This document shows positions 18,787 through 28,133 of a stretch of 64,000 nucleotides of DNA, piece after piece. Location: the IMG/VR virus record IMGVR_UViG_3300042691_029205, positions 14,911 through 78,910 of that record. One strand, given 5' to 3'. The notes below the pieces were generated by a model. The model worked only from the letters and a program-made list of their open reading frames with translations. It made no database searches and was not told where the DNA came from. The position numbers were made by a program, and so were the translations under genes. The DNA is from a virus. Each line of letters opens with the position of its first letter. Within the stretch, counting starts at the first letter, position 1.

Positions 18787-19224
18787 ATGAAGCCGTTTGG
18801 TTATTCACTCTTGATCGACATGTATGAATGCTGTCGATATGCTCTAGACGACTTAGATTTACATTACAGACTTCTAGAAGAACTTCCACATAGACTTGGT
18901 ATGAAGTTAATGACTCAACCAGTAGTTTGTCACGGTTTAGTTGAATTTTCGCCCTATCCTTATAAAGACTGTAACGGTAATCTTGAGTATTTTAGACGCG
19001 ATATCTACTTAGACAAGGCGGGCTGTAGCGGCTGGGTCGGATTAATAACCAGCGGAATTCAGGTTCATTCTTGTGTTCCCACAAATTTCTCTACGATAGA
19101 TATTTATTCCTGTAATGATTTTCGTGAACTAATTCCTGGTATCAAAGATTTTCTACGATCTAGATTTAAATTTGAGTCATATGAAGAGAACCTAGTAGTT
19201 CGCGGCACAAAATATAAAGGATAA
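18787..19224 (+). CDS. speD: S-adenosylmethionine decarboxylase (SpeD)-like pyruvoyl proenzyme
   Basis: FGYSLLIDMYEC, G.SGWVGLITSGIQVH, IDIYSC, VVRG. Confidence 0.7.
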   Translation: MKPFGYSLLIDMYECCRYALDDLDLHYRLLEELPHRLGMKLMTQPVVCHGLVEFSPYPYKDCNGNLEYFRRDIYLDKAGCSGWVGLITSGIQVHSCVPTNFSTIDIYSCNDFRELIPGIKDFLRSRFKFESYEENLVVRGTKYKG

Positions 19225-19226
19225 TC

Positions 19227-19652
19227 ATGTCTTATATTGGAAAAATTGACTCATTTAGCGGTAAATATAGATTCTTATCTAACTTTTATCCTTGTATCAT
19301 TGAATACGAAGGTATAACTTATCCTTCTACTGAACACGCATTTCAAGCGGCAAAATTCCTAGATTTTAAAATTAGAGAAGAAATAGCCGCTTTGAAAAAA
19401 CCTGTGGAGGCTAAACGATTTCCAAAAGGAAAAACTATCCGTGAAGATTGGTTCGATGTGTCATTAAAAATAATGAAAGATGTGAATGTTGTTAAATATA
19501 GACAACCTTCTTTTAGAGATCGGTTATATGATACTCGCGGCTATGAACTAGAAGAAGGTAATACCTGGGGCGATACTTTTTGGGGTACTTGTGATGGTGT
19601 AGGAGAGAATCATCTAGGTAAAATCCTAATGGAGATTAGAGATGAGTTATAG
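19227..19652 (+). CDS. NADAR (YbiA-like) family protein
   Basis: FLSNFY, YPSTEHAFQAAK, EGNTWGDTFWG, GENHLGKILM. Confidence 0.9.
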   Translation: MSYIGKIDSFSGKYRFLSNFYPCIIEYEGITYPSTEHAFQAAKFLDFKIREEIAALKKPVEAKRFPKGKTIREDWFDVSLKIMKDVNVVKYRQPSFRDRLYDTRGYELEEGNTWGDTFWGTCDGVGENHLGKILMEIRDEL

Positions 19653-20130
19653 TCAGCCTAACTATATATTCCTAGATATTGATGGTGTCTTAAATAACCA
19701 TAATCCGCTAGAAAATAACACATGTGGGATAAATAAGGAAAATATAGCCGCCCTTAATTTAATAATGGACGAGTGTGATCCGTTTATAATACTATCTTCC
19801 GCCTGGAGAAGTCTAATAGCGAAAAAGGATTTGTCTCTACGTGGCTTTGAAATCATGCTACAAACACATGGCTTGAAGTGTTTTAACAAACTGGTGTCTC
19901 ATACTCGTTTTCAAATGTTTCAGGATAACAGAGAAGAAGAAATATTAGAGTGTGTTTTAGATAATGATATTAAAAACTATGTAATTTTAGATGATTTACC
20001 GCTAGACTTCACTAATCTTAACATTCCAGCCTATCGTTTTATAAAAACCGACCCTCATTTAGGACTTACAATCGAAGATGTACAAAAGGCAATATCTGTT
20101 TTTAAAGAGCCGCCAAATGAAGCTATATAG
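19642..20130 (+). CDS. HAD-domain phosphatase (Swiss Army Knife RNA-repair type)
   Basis: FLDIDGVLN, LSSAWR, YVILDD, GLT. Confidence 0.85.
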   Translation: MSYSQPNYIFLDIDGVLNNHNPLENNTCGINKENIAALNLIMDECDPFIILSSAWRSLIAKKDLSLRGFEIMLQTHGLKCFNKLVSHTRFQMFQDNREEEILECVLDNDIKNYVILDDLPLDFTNLNIPAYRFIKTDPHLGLTIEDVQKAISVFKEPPNEAI

Positions 20131-20722
20131 TATATTTATATTCTTCCTGCTAGTCTTTTGCTGTAATATTTATGCAGAAGAAATTACTCTATCTGAATTA
20201 AGACCAAAACAAAACAACTCCTATTTAGATGATATATATCGTCATGTGTATCCTAAAGAATTACGTTATTTTCAAGAGCGTGATTTAGTTACCAGCGGCC
20301 ATGAATGTTTACATGCTGTAAATTCTAGGATTCGCCGTGAGTATGTTGGTAAGGCCGGTTTTTACATTAAAGGCGATAGGGCTTTTATATTTAGCCCTGT
20401 TCCTATAAAGTTAAAAGAAGTAGCCTCCTTAGTAGAACAAAAGGACAGGAATCATTTATACCAGACCTACCTTATAGACGCTCAAAAAGACTGGAACGAC
20501 GAGGCTTTATATGTTTTAGACGAGCTAAGTGCTTATGTGGCTGGTTATCAAGTTGGTCGTGAGTATAATTTAACCGCCCGCTATAAAGATTCACAAAAAA
20601 GCGGCTTGACCCTCTTGACTTTTTCCAAAATCGTGCTACAATTGGCTAAAGAGAGAAATTACTCAGAAATTGATGAGTTGACTAAATTTATTGAGTTGCA
20701 AGAAAATTTATTAAGGAATTAG
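20117..20722 (+). CDS. exported HExxH metalloprotease-like protein
   Basis: signal peptide; GHECLHAVN and downstream LDELSAY. Confidence 0.55.
   Translation: MKLYSIFIFFLLVFCCNIYAEEITLSELRPKQNNSYLDDIYRHVYPKELRYFQERDLVTSGHECLHAVNSRIRREYVGKAGFYIKGDRAFIFSPVPIKLKEVASLVEQKDRNHLYQTYLIDAQKDWNDEALYVLDELSAYVAGYQVGREYNLTARYKDSQKSGLTLLTFSKIVLQLAKERNYSEIDELTKFIELQENLLRN
20615..20642 (+). promoter_or_regulatory. sigma70-type promoter (intragenic)
   Basis: TTGACT-16-TACAAT with extended TG. Confidence 0.55.
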
Positions 20723-20724
20723 CT

Positions 20725-21108
20725 ATGAGCGACGAATATAAATATGAATACCATACAGATATTGGTACAGAGATTAAAGAAGGATGGGAGGTTGAAACAG
20801 ATGATGGTGAATGGAGAAAAACCATTCTAGAAGGTACTAGAATTGGAGATTGTTTTACTGGAAAAAGATACCGATCTATTAAATCTCTTAATACACAAAA
20901 AGAAACAATATCACAGGCTAAATATCTTGTAGAGTTATTGCATCAAAAGTTTTATCCAGAGAACAAAGAGTGGCGTGCATGTGAGTCTATATTAGGAATA
21001 CTAGATCAAATCAATAATATTTGTGCAGGATTACAAAGAATTCCAGAACCAAGTAAGCAAGTTGCTGCACCTGTATCATGGGTAATTGAAACTTCATTTT
21101 ATAAATAG
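20725..21108 (+). CDS. hypothetical protein
   Basis: AAGGA RBS. Confidence 0.65.
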   Translation: MSDEYKYEYHTDIGTEIKEGWEVETDDGEWRKTILEGTRIGDCFTGKRYRSIKSLNTQKETISQAKYLVELLHQKFYPENKEWRACESILGILDQINNICAGLQRIPEPSKQVAAPVSWVIETSFYK

Positions 21109-21118
21109 GTTATAAAAA

Positions 21119-21298
21119 ATGAAAGCTGAGAATGCATTTGTCTCTCTAACATTGGTATTGATATTTTCTATCTTTGTTGGTTTTATAATTGGATACTCAA
21201 TTTCAACCGCAGATCATAAGCGAAAAGCTGTTCAGAGTGGATTTGCCGAGTACGACTCGCAAACTGGAATCTGGAAGTGGAAAGATGGTAAGAGATGA
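21119..21298 (+). CDS. 59-aa membrane protein (below ORF-track cutoff)
   Basis: MKAENAFVSLTLVLIFSIFVGFIIG...KAVQSGFAEYDSQTGIWKWK; translated by hand. Confidence 0.6.
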   Translation: MKAENAFVSLTLVLIFSIFVGFIIGYSISTADHKRKAVQSGFAEYDSQTGIWKWKDGKR

Positions 21299-21395
21299 AT
21301 AAAAGAGAACAAGCCGAAATGCAGCGATTGAAAAACAAATTATTAAAAGCCAAGGCGTGGATAGTTGAAGATAGGCACATGATGAGAGGTAAAAA

Positions 21396-21662
21396 ATGAC
21401 ACAACACGAACGGTTTGAGCAGTGGATAGAAAGTACATACTCACCTCAAAAATTACGAAAGACTGACCAGCCAAGTGATTACGTTCAGAATTCGCACGGT
21501 ATGTGGTTAGCATGGCAAGCTGCACAACCGAAAGTACCTGATGACGTGCGAGAAGCGGCGGAATATGTAAAATGCCCAAATACCAGTGAACATAGCTTTG
21601 ACGTTGCAATGATGAAGATAGTAGACTGGGCACTAAAGTTAATTGAGGAGCAAACGCAATGA
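21396..21662 (+). CDS. hypothetical phage protein
   Basis: GAGG RBS; RFEQW...MWLAWQAA common phage pattern. Confidence 0.65.
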   Translation: MTQHERFEQWIESTYSPQKLRKTDQPSDYVQNSHGMWLAWQAAQPKVPDDVREAAEYVKCPNTSEHSFDVAMMKIVDWALKLIEEQTQ

Positions 21663-21765
21663 GTGAAAACATAGCACTTATATTTGCAGCATTCGTTCTC
21701 TTCAGCTTCCTTGCTGGGTTTTGTGTTGGGTTCAAGGCAGGAATCATCGACCGTGAGGAAAATCA

Positions 21766-22095
21766 ATGACACCTGAAGAATTAGAAGAACTAAAGAGATT
21801 AGAAGCAGCAGTATCTAACGATGGCGAGATGATTGGAGAACAATTTAAACAGTATTTGGATGATTGCAAAAAATTTGCCAAGATGATTTATAACCACGCC
21901 CACGAACTCATCGCAGCGGCGGAAGAACGCGACCAACTCAAGCAGCGTTTGGAGGTGTGTGCGGAGTTCTTTGAAGTCCACGACTACATTAACGAAATAA
22001 ACACACCGGAAGAAAACGGAATAGATTTTGCAAGTTTATTTCGCGAGAAAGACCGAAAATTTCAAGCAGCCCGTGCAGCGGCGAAAGGACAGTAA
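21766..22095 (+). CDS. hypothetical coiled-coil phage protein
   Basis: GAGG RBS; MTPEELEELKRL...ELIAAAEERDQLK. Confidence 0.7.
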   Translation: MTPEELEELKRLEAAVSNDGEMIGEQFKQYLDDCKKFAKMIYNHAHELIAAAEERDQLKQRLEVCAEFFEVHDYINEINTPEENGIDFASLFREKDRKFQAARAAAKGQ

Positions 22096-22098
22096 TTT

Positions 22099-22746
22099 AT
22101 GACTGACTTTATTATTAACGGCGACTCAGTATTTAAGTCAGATGTTACTTTAAGTAATCAAAGATTTTATCAATCGAAAGTTGACGTTAAAAATATAACA
22201 CTCTCTGGAGCGACAATAACTATCTCTAACTGTCACACTCCTAGATTTGAAAATGTAAGGTTCTCTAAAACGTCGCTGATTATATTAGAGGGCTGCTATG
22301 ATCCATATTTTCGCAACTGTGAATTTATTGAAGATACACAGTTAGCTATTTATGGTATAAACAGACAAAGTAACTGCATTAGAATAATGGACTGTAGATT
22401 TGAAAACAATACTGATATTGGTCTTACGTGCTCGGAAAATATTAGACAGTGCTTAATACATGCAACCAAATTTCACGCTAAAAAGAACCATCCAAATTCT
22501 AAATTATGCAGCTTTAAAAATGTAAAAGAGCTATTCATCAAAGATTGTAAGTTTACATCTGGTGAATCTAAAAAAATAGGAGTTGGTATGTCTATTGATA
22601 ACTGTGAAAATGTGGTTATTGATAGCGTGTTTGAAAGTTTAGATATTGGTATTATAACAGATAATATCAAGGAAATAACTCTAAATGCGATTCAGCCGAA
22701 ACGACGCTTGTGCGGAACTCTTATTAAAGAAGGACAAGGACTTTAA
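22099..22746 (+). CDS. right-handed parallel beta-helix protein
   Basis: repeating I.NC.F / I.DC.F / F.NCEF units. Confidence 0.7.
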   Translation: MTDFIINGDSVFKSDVTLSNQRFYQSKVDVKNITLSGATITISNCHTPRFENVRFSKTSLIILEGCYDPYFRNCEFIEDTQLAIYGINRQSNCIRIMDCRFENNTDIGLTCSENIRQCLIHATKFHAKKNHPNSKLCSFKNVKELFIKDCKFTSGESKKIGVGMSIDNCENVVIDSVFESLDIGIITDNIKEITLNAIQPKRRLCGTLIKEGQGL

Positions 22747-23010
22747 ATGTTTAAATCTAGTAAAACGCTAAAAACAGGTGTTCCAGAACAACCAGAGGTT
22801 ACTGTAAATTATATTATTGATGATGATAATGTAACATATGTACCATTGCAAAATATTAAAATTGCCTTAGATAATTTGGCTATTTATATCGCTGTAGATA
22901 TGTTAACAAAACCAGATCAAAGTATTTCTACTGTATTTGCTAGACAAATAAATTTACAAAAGGAAGCGGTTGATAAGCTGGAGTTGATGATAAAGTCTTC
23001 CACTAACTAA
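22747..23010 (+). CDS. hypothetical protein
   Basis: coupled to upstream stop. Confidence 0.6.
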   Translation: MFKSSKTLKTGVPEQPEVTVNYIIDDDNVTYVPLQNIKIALDNLAIYIAVDMLTKPDQSISTVFARQINLQKEAVDKLELMIKSSTN

Positions 23011-23040
23011 AAGGGGTTCCACCCCTTTAAAACCCCGAAG
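23011..23040. repeat. intergenic GGGG-loop-CCCC-spacer-CCCC motif, copy 2
   Basis: AAGGGG TTCCA CCCCTT TAAAA CCCC GAAG. Confidence 0.65.
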
Positions 23041-23149
23041 AGGATTAAAATGGAAACCGGAATGTTTTTCTTAGGTGTGTGTATTGTATTACATGCTGTT
23101 ATAAATTTTATTAGAAGTGTTATGTGGTTTAACAGCAGGAGAGACTAAT

Positions 23150-23437
23150 ATGGTTATCGCTATAGATTTTGACGACACATTAACCAAGGATGCTGAATTA
23201 TGGTGTGAATTTATAAGAATATGTAAAATCGGCCATCATAAGATAATCTGTGTAACTTGCAGAAGAAACACAGCAGTTAATCAAGATACTATAGAACGCT
23301 GGATGCAGTCTCATAATTGTAGTATTCCTGTTTATTTTAGTGACTTGAATCCAAAAATAGAATTAATGAATAAATTAGGAATTAAAGTCGATATTTGGAT
23401 AGACGATGATCCACATTGTATTTTAGAAGGTAAATAA
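23150..23437 (+). CDS. small HAD-superfamily hydrolase
   Basis: IAIDFDDT, VTCR, K, IWIDDDP; AGGAG RBS. Confidence 0.8.
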   Translation: MVIAIDFDDTLTKDAELWCEFIRICKIGHHKIICVTCRRNTAVNQDTIERWMQSHNCSIPVYFSDLNPKIELMNKLGIKVDIWIDDDPHCILEGK

Positions 23438-23473
23438 AACAATTAAATTAATTAAGGAAGGAGCAACGAAAGA

Positions 23474-24068
23474 ATGAACGAAATTTATTTTTCATCAGAC
23501 TTTCACGGCTTTTCATAAGAACATAACCGGACCTACTGTATCTAGTTGGCCGACTGGTTATCGTGACTTTTCTTCTATTGAGGAAATGAACTCTACTATC
23601 TATGAAAATATGAACTCTTCTATAAAAGAAGATGATATCTTGTATTTTCTAGGAGACTGGTCATTTGGCGGCAAGGATAAGATTCCAATAGTTCGAGAGA
23701 ATATTCGTTGTAAAAACATATATTTTGTCGCGGGCAATCACGATCATCATATTGAGAGAGATAGAAACTTACAAAAGCTGTTTCTTTCGGTTCGTAAAGA
23801 GATGTTTACTAAGATTTGCGGGCGTGATTTCTTTCTAAGTCATTACGCACATAGAACTTATATTCATCAGTCTGCTACTAGTATTCATCTTTACGGTCAC
23901 TCACATGGTAATCTACCGGATGATATTCATAGCCTGAGTATGGATATTGGATTTGACACACATCTTTTTGGGCATGAAAAATATACTCCATATCATATAG
24001 ACGAGATATTCCATATTATGGACAATATTAAAGAGCCGGTTTCTACAGATCATCATACAAATCATTGA
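23474..24068 (+). pseudogene. calcineurin-like metallophosphoesterase interrupted by a +1 frameshift
   Basis: MNEIYFSSDFHGF (SDxH motif) stops at 23518; +1 frame continues HKNITGP...LGDWS...GNHD...SHY...HLYGHSH. Confidence 0.8.
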
Positions 24069-24085
24069 TTTAAAGGATCATAAAT

Positions 24086-25408
24086 ATGAGTATTGATATT
24101 TTGGCATTAATTAAAGAATACTGGCCTGTCTTATTAATGTTTTCTGGATTAATTTTTTCTTGTTGGACATATATAAAAGACATTTGCATTAGACTTTGGC
24201 GATTTTTTATTGTCGAGGTTCATATTACTGACAGACGTTCTGTGTCTGGTCTTCGTCGTTACCTATGTAAAAATTTTGAATTTACTTTTAGTGAGCCTTA
24301 TTATTTTTCTCGTATTAAATTATTTAATAATAACAAAACTAGCTATCCTTTAGTTAGACATTTACCTGTTAAGGGATTTTTAAGATATGGATGGCGTATT
24401 ATCTATATAGATAACAATGTCTGCTATTCATGGATAGAACCAGATGTTAAGATTTATTTTTTACGTTATAGTTTTCACTATAGGCACTTTTTAGATCAGG
24501 CTAATAATTGGTCTATAAATGATAAAGATTCTCGATTTATGGTTAAAAAAATATGCGGGACACGTTATGATAATACTATTATATCATCTATATCTAACAA
24601 TAAAACAGATAATCATTCTTTTATAGAAAAGATACATTTTAAAGAGTCTATGATTTTAGATGGTAAAGAATCTGATTATAATATTAATCTAAGAAGCTCA
24701 TACGAGCTATATCAAACAAATAAACAAACTGAATCTATTATTGATGAAATTTCTATGTTTATAGAATATGAAGATTGGTATAAGTCTAAAGGTATAAAGT
24801 GGCAACGTGGTTATGTTTTAACATCTAAACCAGGAGGAGGTAAAACTTCTTTTGTTCGTTATATAGGTGTTCGTTTTGGATTACCTGTATATTCGTTTGA
24901 TTTGGGGTCAATGACTAATAATAATATGATAGATGAATGGGCAACAGCAACGACTAATTCACCTTGTATTATTTTATTTGAGGATTTTGACGCAGTATTT
25001 AATAAACGTGAAAATATTACAAATACATTAGCACAAACTCCTGGTGTAACTTTTGATTGTATTTTACAGTGTATTGATGGTATTAATTCTAATGATGGCG
25101 TTATATTATTTATAACTACAAATAAACCAGAATGTTTAGATTATGCGTTAAGTGATACTAATCAAGAAATGAGTAGTCGCCCTGGTAGAATTGATCGTTA
25201 TATTGAATTAAGCGATCCAACCGAGCAACAAAAAACTAATATAGCAACCATCATTCTTGAAGATTGCTCAGATAAAATTGATGTTCCTAAATTTATTAAT
25301 ACTGAATTATTACCTAAATCTAGTTCAATGAGCATTGCACAATTTCAAGAAATGTGTACCAAGATAGCTCTAGACTACAAATGGAATAAATCTTTAACTG
25401 AGAATTAA
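24086..25408 (+). CDS. membrane-anchored AAA+ ATPase, BCS1-like
   Basis: N-terminal TM; GIKWQRGYVL, PGGGKTS, ILFEDFD, ITTN, RPGRID. Confidence 0.8.
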   Translation: MSIDILALIKEYWPVLLMFSGLIFSCWTYIKDICIRLWRFFIVEVHITDRRSVSGLRRYLCKNFEFTFSEPYYFSRIKLFNNNKTSYPLVRHLPVKGFLRYGWRIIYIDNNVCYSWIEPDVKIYFLRYSFHYRHFLDQANNWSINDKDSRFMVKKICGTRYDNTIISSISNNKTDNHSFIEKIHFKESMILDGKESDYNINLRSSYELYQTNKQTESIIDEISMFIEYEDWYKSKGIKWQRGYVLTSKPGGGKTSFVRYIGVRFGLPVYSFDLGSMTNNNMIDEWATATTNSPCIILFEDFDAVFNKRENITNTLAQTPGVTFDCILQCIDGINSNDGVILFITTNKPECLDYALSDTNQEMSSRPGRIDRYIELSDPTEQQKTNIATIILEDCSDKIDVPKFINTELLPKSSSMSIAQFQEMCTKIALDYKWNKSLTEN

Positions 25409-25503
25409 ATAGGTTACTAAATGAATAATTATCAAAGACCAGAAGACAGTATTGTAAAGCATTACTTGGATCAAACTAAAACAAGCCCAGCGGCGATTGA
25501 GCT

Positions 25504-25803
25504 ATGATTATTTTCAACACCAATCTCATTAACGATTCCAATAAAGACCTATGTACTGTCGTCCATTATTTTTCACCTGAAAAGAACAGAGCGGCCTGCT
25601 CCCTCCAAGATATAAAATTTTTAGAGAGATACCTGGGTCACACTCTTGACTTTTCACAGTATCCAAGTTATAATAAGGTGAGTTACCACACTCCTAAGCA
25701 AGAAGACGAAGTTAGATTGAACACTTTATCAACTAATTTATTTATCAGAGAAATTATTAAGCCCAAGTCTAAAAAAGACAAACTTTTATTTAAAAAGGTA
25801 TAA
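25504..25803 (+). CDS. hypothetical protein
   Basis: ORF. Confidence 0.55.
   Translation: MIIFNTNLINDSNKDLCTVVHYFSPEKNRAACSLQDIKFLERYLGHTLDFSQYPSYNKVSYHTPKQEDEVRLNTLSTNLFIREIIKPKSKKDKLLFKKV
25646..25674 (+). promoter_or_regulatory. sigma70-type promoter (intragenic)
   Basis: TTGACT-17-TATAAT. Confidence 0.7.
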
Positions 25804-25805
25804 TT

Positions 25806-26093
25806 ATGCGTTTTGAAACACTAGAATCGACACCAAGTAAAGACCACCCATATTTAGATGCAGATCGTGCTTTGTTTTATGTGTATGATACAGTCAAGCA
25901 CTCAAAATCACTAGGAGCATACACAAGGCGGGATTTAGCAGATAAAATTACCGATCAAAAAAATAAAGAATATCTCGAAACTTGGTTTGCAGAAGTAAAA
26001 CATCAGGACTTAAAAAATGGCACTATCGATCAAGAAGTTACAGAAAACAGCCTCTCAGAGGACGTTATTACTCAACAAGCAGGGGACTTATAA
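25806..26093 (+). CDS. hypothetical protein
   Basis: ORF downstream of promoter. Confidence 0.55.
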   Translation: MRFETLESTPSKDHPYLDADRALFYVYDTVKHSKSLGAYTRRDLADKITDQKNKEYLETWFAEVKHQDLKNGTIDQEVTENSLSEDVITQQAGDL

Positions 26094-26352
26094 GTGTAAG
26101 CCGGAAGATTTTGGGTTTTTTGGCCTAGCTCTAGCTGGAGAAGTCGGCGAAACCTGCAACCTTTTAAAAAAGGTGCTACGTGGCACAAAACAACTTAATC
26201 TAACTACACTTGATGCTCTAGCTAGTGAATTAGCTGACTGTCAAATGTATTTAGTTTTGTTAGCTGCCTCGCTAAATATTAACCTTGAGGAAGCTGTAAT
26301 TGTGAAATTTAACGAACGTAGTAAAGACTTAGGGATAGATATTACATTATGA
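26017..26352 (+). CDS. MazG-like nucleotide pyrophosphohydrolase
   Basis: LAGEVGETCNLLKK...ELADC...KFN. Confidence 0.8.
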   Translation: MALSIKKLQKTASQRTLLLNKQGTYKCKPEDFGFFGLALAGEVGETCNLLKKVLRGTKQLNLTTLDALASELADCQMYLVLLAASLNINLEEAVIVKFNERSKDLGIDITL

Positions 26353-26846
26353 AAAAATTAATTCTCATTCGCTCTGCTTCTGGTGGAGGTAAGAGCTATC
26401 TAGCTAAACAAATCGCCTATGAAGCCGTTATAGATAATAAGTCCGTTGTTATTCATAATACTGATTCTGTTTGGATGAGCAAGACTAATTTTACAGATGA
26501 AGCCTATTACTTTGACTTTAATGTTTTATATCAGGCTCACCAAATCAACCAAGCTAAAACGGCTATCTCTATGGAACGCGGAATTAACGTAGTTATCATA
26601 GACAATACGAATACCACCCTGAAAGAAGTCAAGGTCTATGTTGATTTAGCTGTCAAATACGGCTACACAGTAGAAGTAGTGCGGCCCAATACACCCTGGT
26701 TTGGTAATATTGATGAACACTTCGCTAGAAACACGCATAATGTTCCTAAAGACGTTATCCAAAAACAGATGGATCGATTGAGTAGATCGCCTGACTCTGA
26801 AGTTTATGAATACTATAATAGTATAAGAGATTGCAATGTCTCCTAA
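26349..26846 (+). CDS. P-loop kinase, polynucleotide kinase/N4BP2-like (AAA_33)
   Basis: SASGGGKS, VIIDNTN, RNTHNVP. Confidence 0.8.
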   Translation: MKKLILIRSASGGGKSYLAKQIAYEAVIDNKSVVIHNTDSVWMSKTNFTDEAYYFDFNVLYQAHQINQAKTAISMERGINVVIIDNTNTTLKEVKVYVDLAVKYGYTVEVVRPNTPWFGNIDEHFARNTHNVPKDVIQKQMDRLSRSPDSEVYEYYNSIRDCNVS

Positions 26847-27666
26847 ATGGTTAATTGAAAAAGATACATTAGAATGTACAGAAAAGCTAATTGAATCTTT
26901 GGTTAAATTTAATATTGAATATCAAGAGATTCATAGTTCTGTTCGTTTTAAAGATGATTTTCTTTCTATTTTTAAACCGTATGATTGTGTAATCTTCTAT
27001 GGTTCATTGGAACTCGCTAAAAGAATTCGTAAAAAAGCTAAGTGGGTTCCAGGGGTGTTTTATAATGTCGAACAATATAATTGCACATATTACTATGCTA
27101 AATTAGGCAAGTATTTATTAAATGAAAATTATATTATGATGCCTTATGGCGAATTAAGCCGCCGTAAAGAATTTTTATATGAAATGTTCGGAGAAGATAG
27201 AGCAGTATTTATTCGTCCTAATCGAGGTGACAAAATCTTTACTGGTAAGGTAGTATATAAAGAAAACTTTGAAAAAGATATTCGATTATTTAACTTTTAC
27301 CAAATGGCAGACGAAGAATTAGTTATAGTTGCCAGACCTATTAATATTACTTGTGAATGGAGATTTGTTGTAGTAAACCAAGAGGTTATTACTGGTAGCG
27401 TGTATAAAGAAAATGATCGTGTTGGCAGTAAAGCTGGCTATGATATTAAAGCATTTGAATTAGCAAGTAAAATTGCGAAGGAATATAATCCTGATCCGGC
27501 ATATGTAATAGATATTTGTTTGACTAAAACTGGCGATTATCGCTTAATGGAAGTTGGATGTTTTAGTTGTGCAGGAATGTACTTATGTGATACAGATATT
27601 ATTGTAGAGAAAGTTTCAGACGTTGTATTAAAAGAATGGAGAAATTACAATGAAGGTTGTTGCTAG
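26836..27666 (+). CDS. ATP-grasp protein, R2K/DUF4343-like (second copy)
   Basis: FIRPNRGDKIFTG, EWRF, IDIC, MEVGCFSCAGMY. Confidence 0.8.
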   Translation: MSPKWLIEKDTLECTEKLIESLVKFNIEYQEIHSSVRFKDDFLSIFKPYDCVIFYGSLELAKRIRKKAKWVPGVFYNVEQYNCTYYYAKLGKYLLNENYIMMPYGELSRRKEFLYEMFGEDRAVFIRPNRGDKIFTGKVVYKENFEKDIRLFNFYQMADEELVIVARPINITCEWRFVVVNQEVITGSVYKENDRVGSKAGYDIKAFELASKIAKEYNPDPAYVIDICLTKTGDYRLMEVGCFSCAGMYLCDTDIIVEKVSDVVLKEWRNYNEGCC

Positions 27667-27919
27667 ACTAGTATTACTATTTATTTTAACCTGCTCAACT
27701 TGTTTTGGGCAGACAGTTGTTTTTAAAGACTCAGCCGGTCGTTACGCTGGTTCGGCTTCTACAAGTAGAAATATTACGACGCTACGAGACAGTAGTGGTA
27801 GATACAGTGGCTATAACAGATATAACGGTGGTAAAACGTCGTTTTATGATGCTAAAGGCAGATACAGCGGGCAAGCAAGTGGAAAAGTAATAGTATCTCC
27901 TTTTACAAAGTCGAAGTAA
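27650..27919 (+). CDS. exported protein with three D-x-x-G-R-Y-x-G repeats
   Basis: signal peptide; DSAGRYAG, DSSGRYSG, DAKGRYSG. Confidence 0.7.
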   Translation: MKVVARLVLLFILTCSTCFGQTVVFKDSAGRYAGSASTSRNITTLRDSSGRYSGYNRYNGGKTSFYDAKGRYSGQASGKVIVSPFTKSK

Positions 27920-27920
27920 T

Positions 27921-28133
27921 ATGAAAGATGTAATTTTTATACTAAATTTACTGTTAATCATTCTTGGTGCTATATGGTATTTCATTAGTACCACATATGC
28001 ACTTAGCTGTATTTCCGGCAAACAAATTGAATTTATTGTCTGTGGAATTGGATTACTAGTGTTTAATTTTTGTTCCTTGTCTCTATTTATTAAAAGGATG
28101 TATCAGTATGCGAAAAACTCTTGGTTTGTGTAG
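27921..28133 (+). CDS. two-TM membrane protein
   Basis: hydrophobic. Confidence 0.55.
   Translation: MKDVIFILNLLLIILGAIWYFISTTYALSCISGKQIEFIVCGIGLLVFNFCSLSLFIKRMYQYAKNSWFV

Noticed and set aside
23500-23520. 8-nt-loop tRNA as dedicated suppressor of the phosphoesterase frameshift
   Set aside because: Loop ATTAATAA is not complementary to the TTTT/TTTC quadruplet at the shift site
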